NCBI GenBank assembly: GCA_015494715.1
Contig: WGAT01000102.1
Location: 1,431 to 65,430 of the forward strand
Origin: Campylobacterota bacterium
GTDB lineage: Bacteria > Campylobacterota > Campylobacteria > Campylobacterales > Nitratiruptoraceae
Direction of reading: 5' to 3'
DNA length: 64,000 bases
Shown here: positions 63,211 through 64,000 of the stretch, piece by piece
Numbering within the stretch: the first letter of the stretch is position 1
Layout of the letters: each line of letters starts with the position of its first letter
Made by a program: the position numbers and the translations under genes
Notes under the pieces: model-generated
Told to the model about the DNA's origin: nothing
Database searches by the model: none
What the model saw: the letters and a program-made list of their open reading frames with translations, nothing else

Positions 63211-64000
63211 CGATCACGCTTCTTGAGTGAGAAGAAGATGTCCTCTTTTCTTTTGAGAGTATTTCAATACGCTTTTGCTTATCTTTAAGCGTAACTTTAT
63301 ATTTGTCAAATCCGCTTTGTTGCATCACCTCATCGATAAATTCCCCCAAATGCCCATCATTATGCAAAGCGGTGGGTGAAAAAAAGGTGAGATTGAGCTG
63401 ATTGGCATTGAGGTTAATATTGATTTGGGTATGTTCTAGCCGTATCGTCAAGACCCGTTTTTGAAATTCTAAAGGCTGTCCTTCTAATTCTTGAGGAGTA
63501 TGGGGGTAGGAGGTTTGGTCTAGATCTTGATGCTGTTCAAAAGATTGACTATTTTGATCTTGAAAATTTTGCGAAGCGGCACTACTATCCACTACTTTTT
63601 TAACACTATCCTCCAAACCGCTTTGATGCAACGATAGCTCTTTGGATGGGGAGGTCATCTCTTTCAAGGCCCTTTGATCCTCTTGTATGGATGGAGCGGC
63701 TACCCCCTCCTCCACAACCCTTTCGCCATTTGCTTCTATCCCACTCCTTTGGCTCTTTTGCGATTTTTTATGCCGATGGACAGAATGCGCGGCCAAAGAG
63801 GTCTCGGTTTTTGAGCCCTTTGCCTCCAAGGGACGGCTCTTATGAATAAAACGAGATCCATCCACAAGCCTTTCCTCTTGTATGGATGGAGCGGCTATCC
63901 CTTTCTCCACAACCCTTTCGCCATTTGCTTCTATCCCACTCCTTTGGCTCTTTTGCGATTTTTTATGCCGATGGACAGAATGCGCGGCCAAAGAGGTCTC
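63197..64000 (-). CDS. Repeat-containing protein, possible FliK-like hook-length control protein (5' end lies outside the window)
   Basis: The frame is open to the right edge. It contains tandem 65-aa repeats ('AAHSVHRHKKSQKSQRSGIEANGERVVE.G.AAPSIQE'). The C-terminal 'LTIRLEHTQININLNANQLNLTFFSP...VMQQSGFDKYKVTL' loosely resembles a FliK C-terminal domain. It overlaps the TPR gene by 14 nt. Confidence 0.35.
   Translation of the reverse strand, partial: ETSLAAHSVHRHKKSQKSQRSGIEANGERVVEKGIAAPSIQEERLVDGSRFIHKSRPLEAKGSKTETSLAAHSVHRHKKSQKSQRSGIEANGERVVEEGVAAPSIQEDQRALKEMTSPSKELSLHQSGLEDSVKKVVDSSAASQNFQDQNSQSFEQHQDLDQTSYPHTPQELEGQPLEFQKRVLTIRLEHTQININLNANQLNLTFFSPTALHNDGHLGEFIDEVMQQSGFDKYKVTLKDKQKRIEILSKEKRTSSSHSRSVIDVKV
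63679..64000. repeat. Tandem direct repeat with a 195-bp period, inside the FliK-like ORF
   Basis: 63679..63805 and 63874..64000 align with 3 mismatches over 127 bp (my by-eye alignment). The second copy runs into the window edge, so more copies may follow. Confidence 0.9.

Noticed and set aside
1-64000. A search for rRNA, tRNA, CRISPR arrays, transposases, integrases, prophage or toxin-antitoxin modules
   Set aside because: All intergenic gaps are 178 bp or shorter, and none shows tRNA-like cloverleaf arms or repeat-spacer periodicity. Every long ORF on a coding strand is accounted for by housekeeping, efflux, glycosylation or flagellar functions. No recombinase or transposase motifs were seen.

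Overview
This window looks like a chromosomal segment of a Campylobacterota (epsilonproteobacterial) chemolithoautotroph. That assignment is inferred from a two-subunit ATP-citrate lyase (aclBA, reverse TCA cycle), a futalosine-pathway radical-SAM gene, the pheST-aroA-ispH-rpsA-serA synteny, Ala-Phe type prepilin leaders, and sigma54/sigma28-type flagellar promoters. Positions 1-36.7 kb hold mostly housekeeping genes: dnaE, aroK, efp, serA, rpsA, ispH, aroA, pheST, argH, aclBA, glnD and glmS. The one unusual locus there is a TolC/adaptor/RND efflux operon whose RND permease is encoded as two translationally coupled half-size genes, followed by a coupled DUF2905 mini-protein. Positions 36.7-64 kb are a large flagellar region containing four blocks. 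(1) flgN-like/flgK/flgL, and a short flagellin followed by flaG-fliD-fliS. (2) A flagellin-adjacent set of three glycosyltransferase/methyltransferase/TPR genes. (3) A PilZ / FliJ / MotE-like / GGDEF operon. (4) A roughly 13 kb minus-strand superoperon: FliK-like repeat protein, TPR protein, flgBC, fliE, fliF, fliH, fliI, flgDE, fliL, fliN, fliOPQR, flhB. This superoperon follows the Bacillus fla/che gene order but lacks fliG, fliM and flhA in their usual slots. I found no rRNA, tRNA, CRISPR array, transposase or integrase. Regulatory signals readable by eye are two consensus sigma28 promoters, one sigma54 promoter, two perfect palindromes forming face-to-face -10 boxes in divergent intergenic regions, and several strong hairpins. 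All functional calls come from motif recognition in the supplied translations, and no database search was run.
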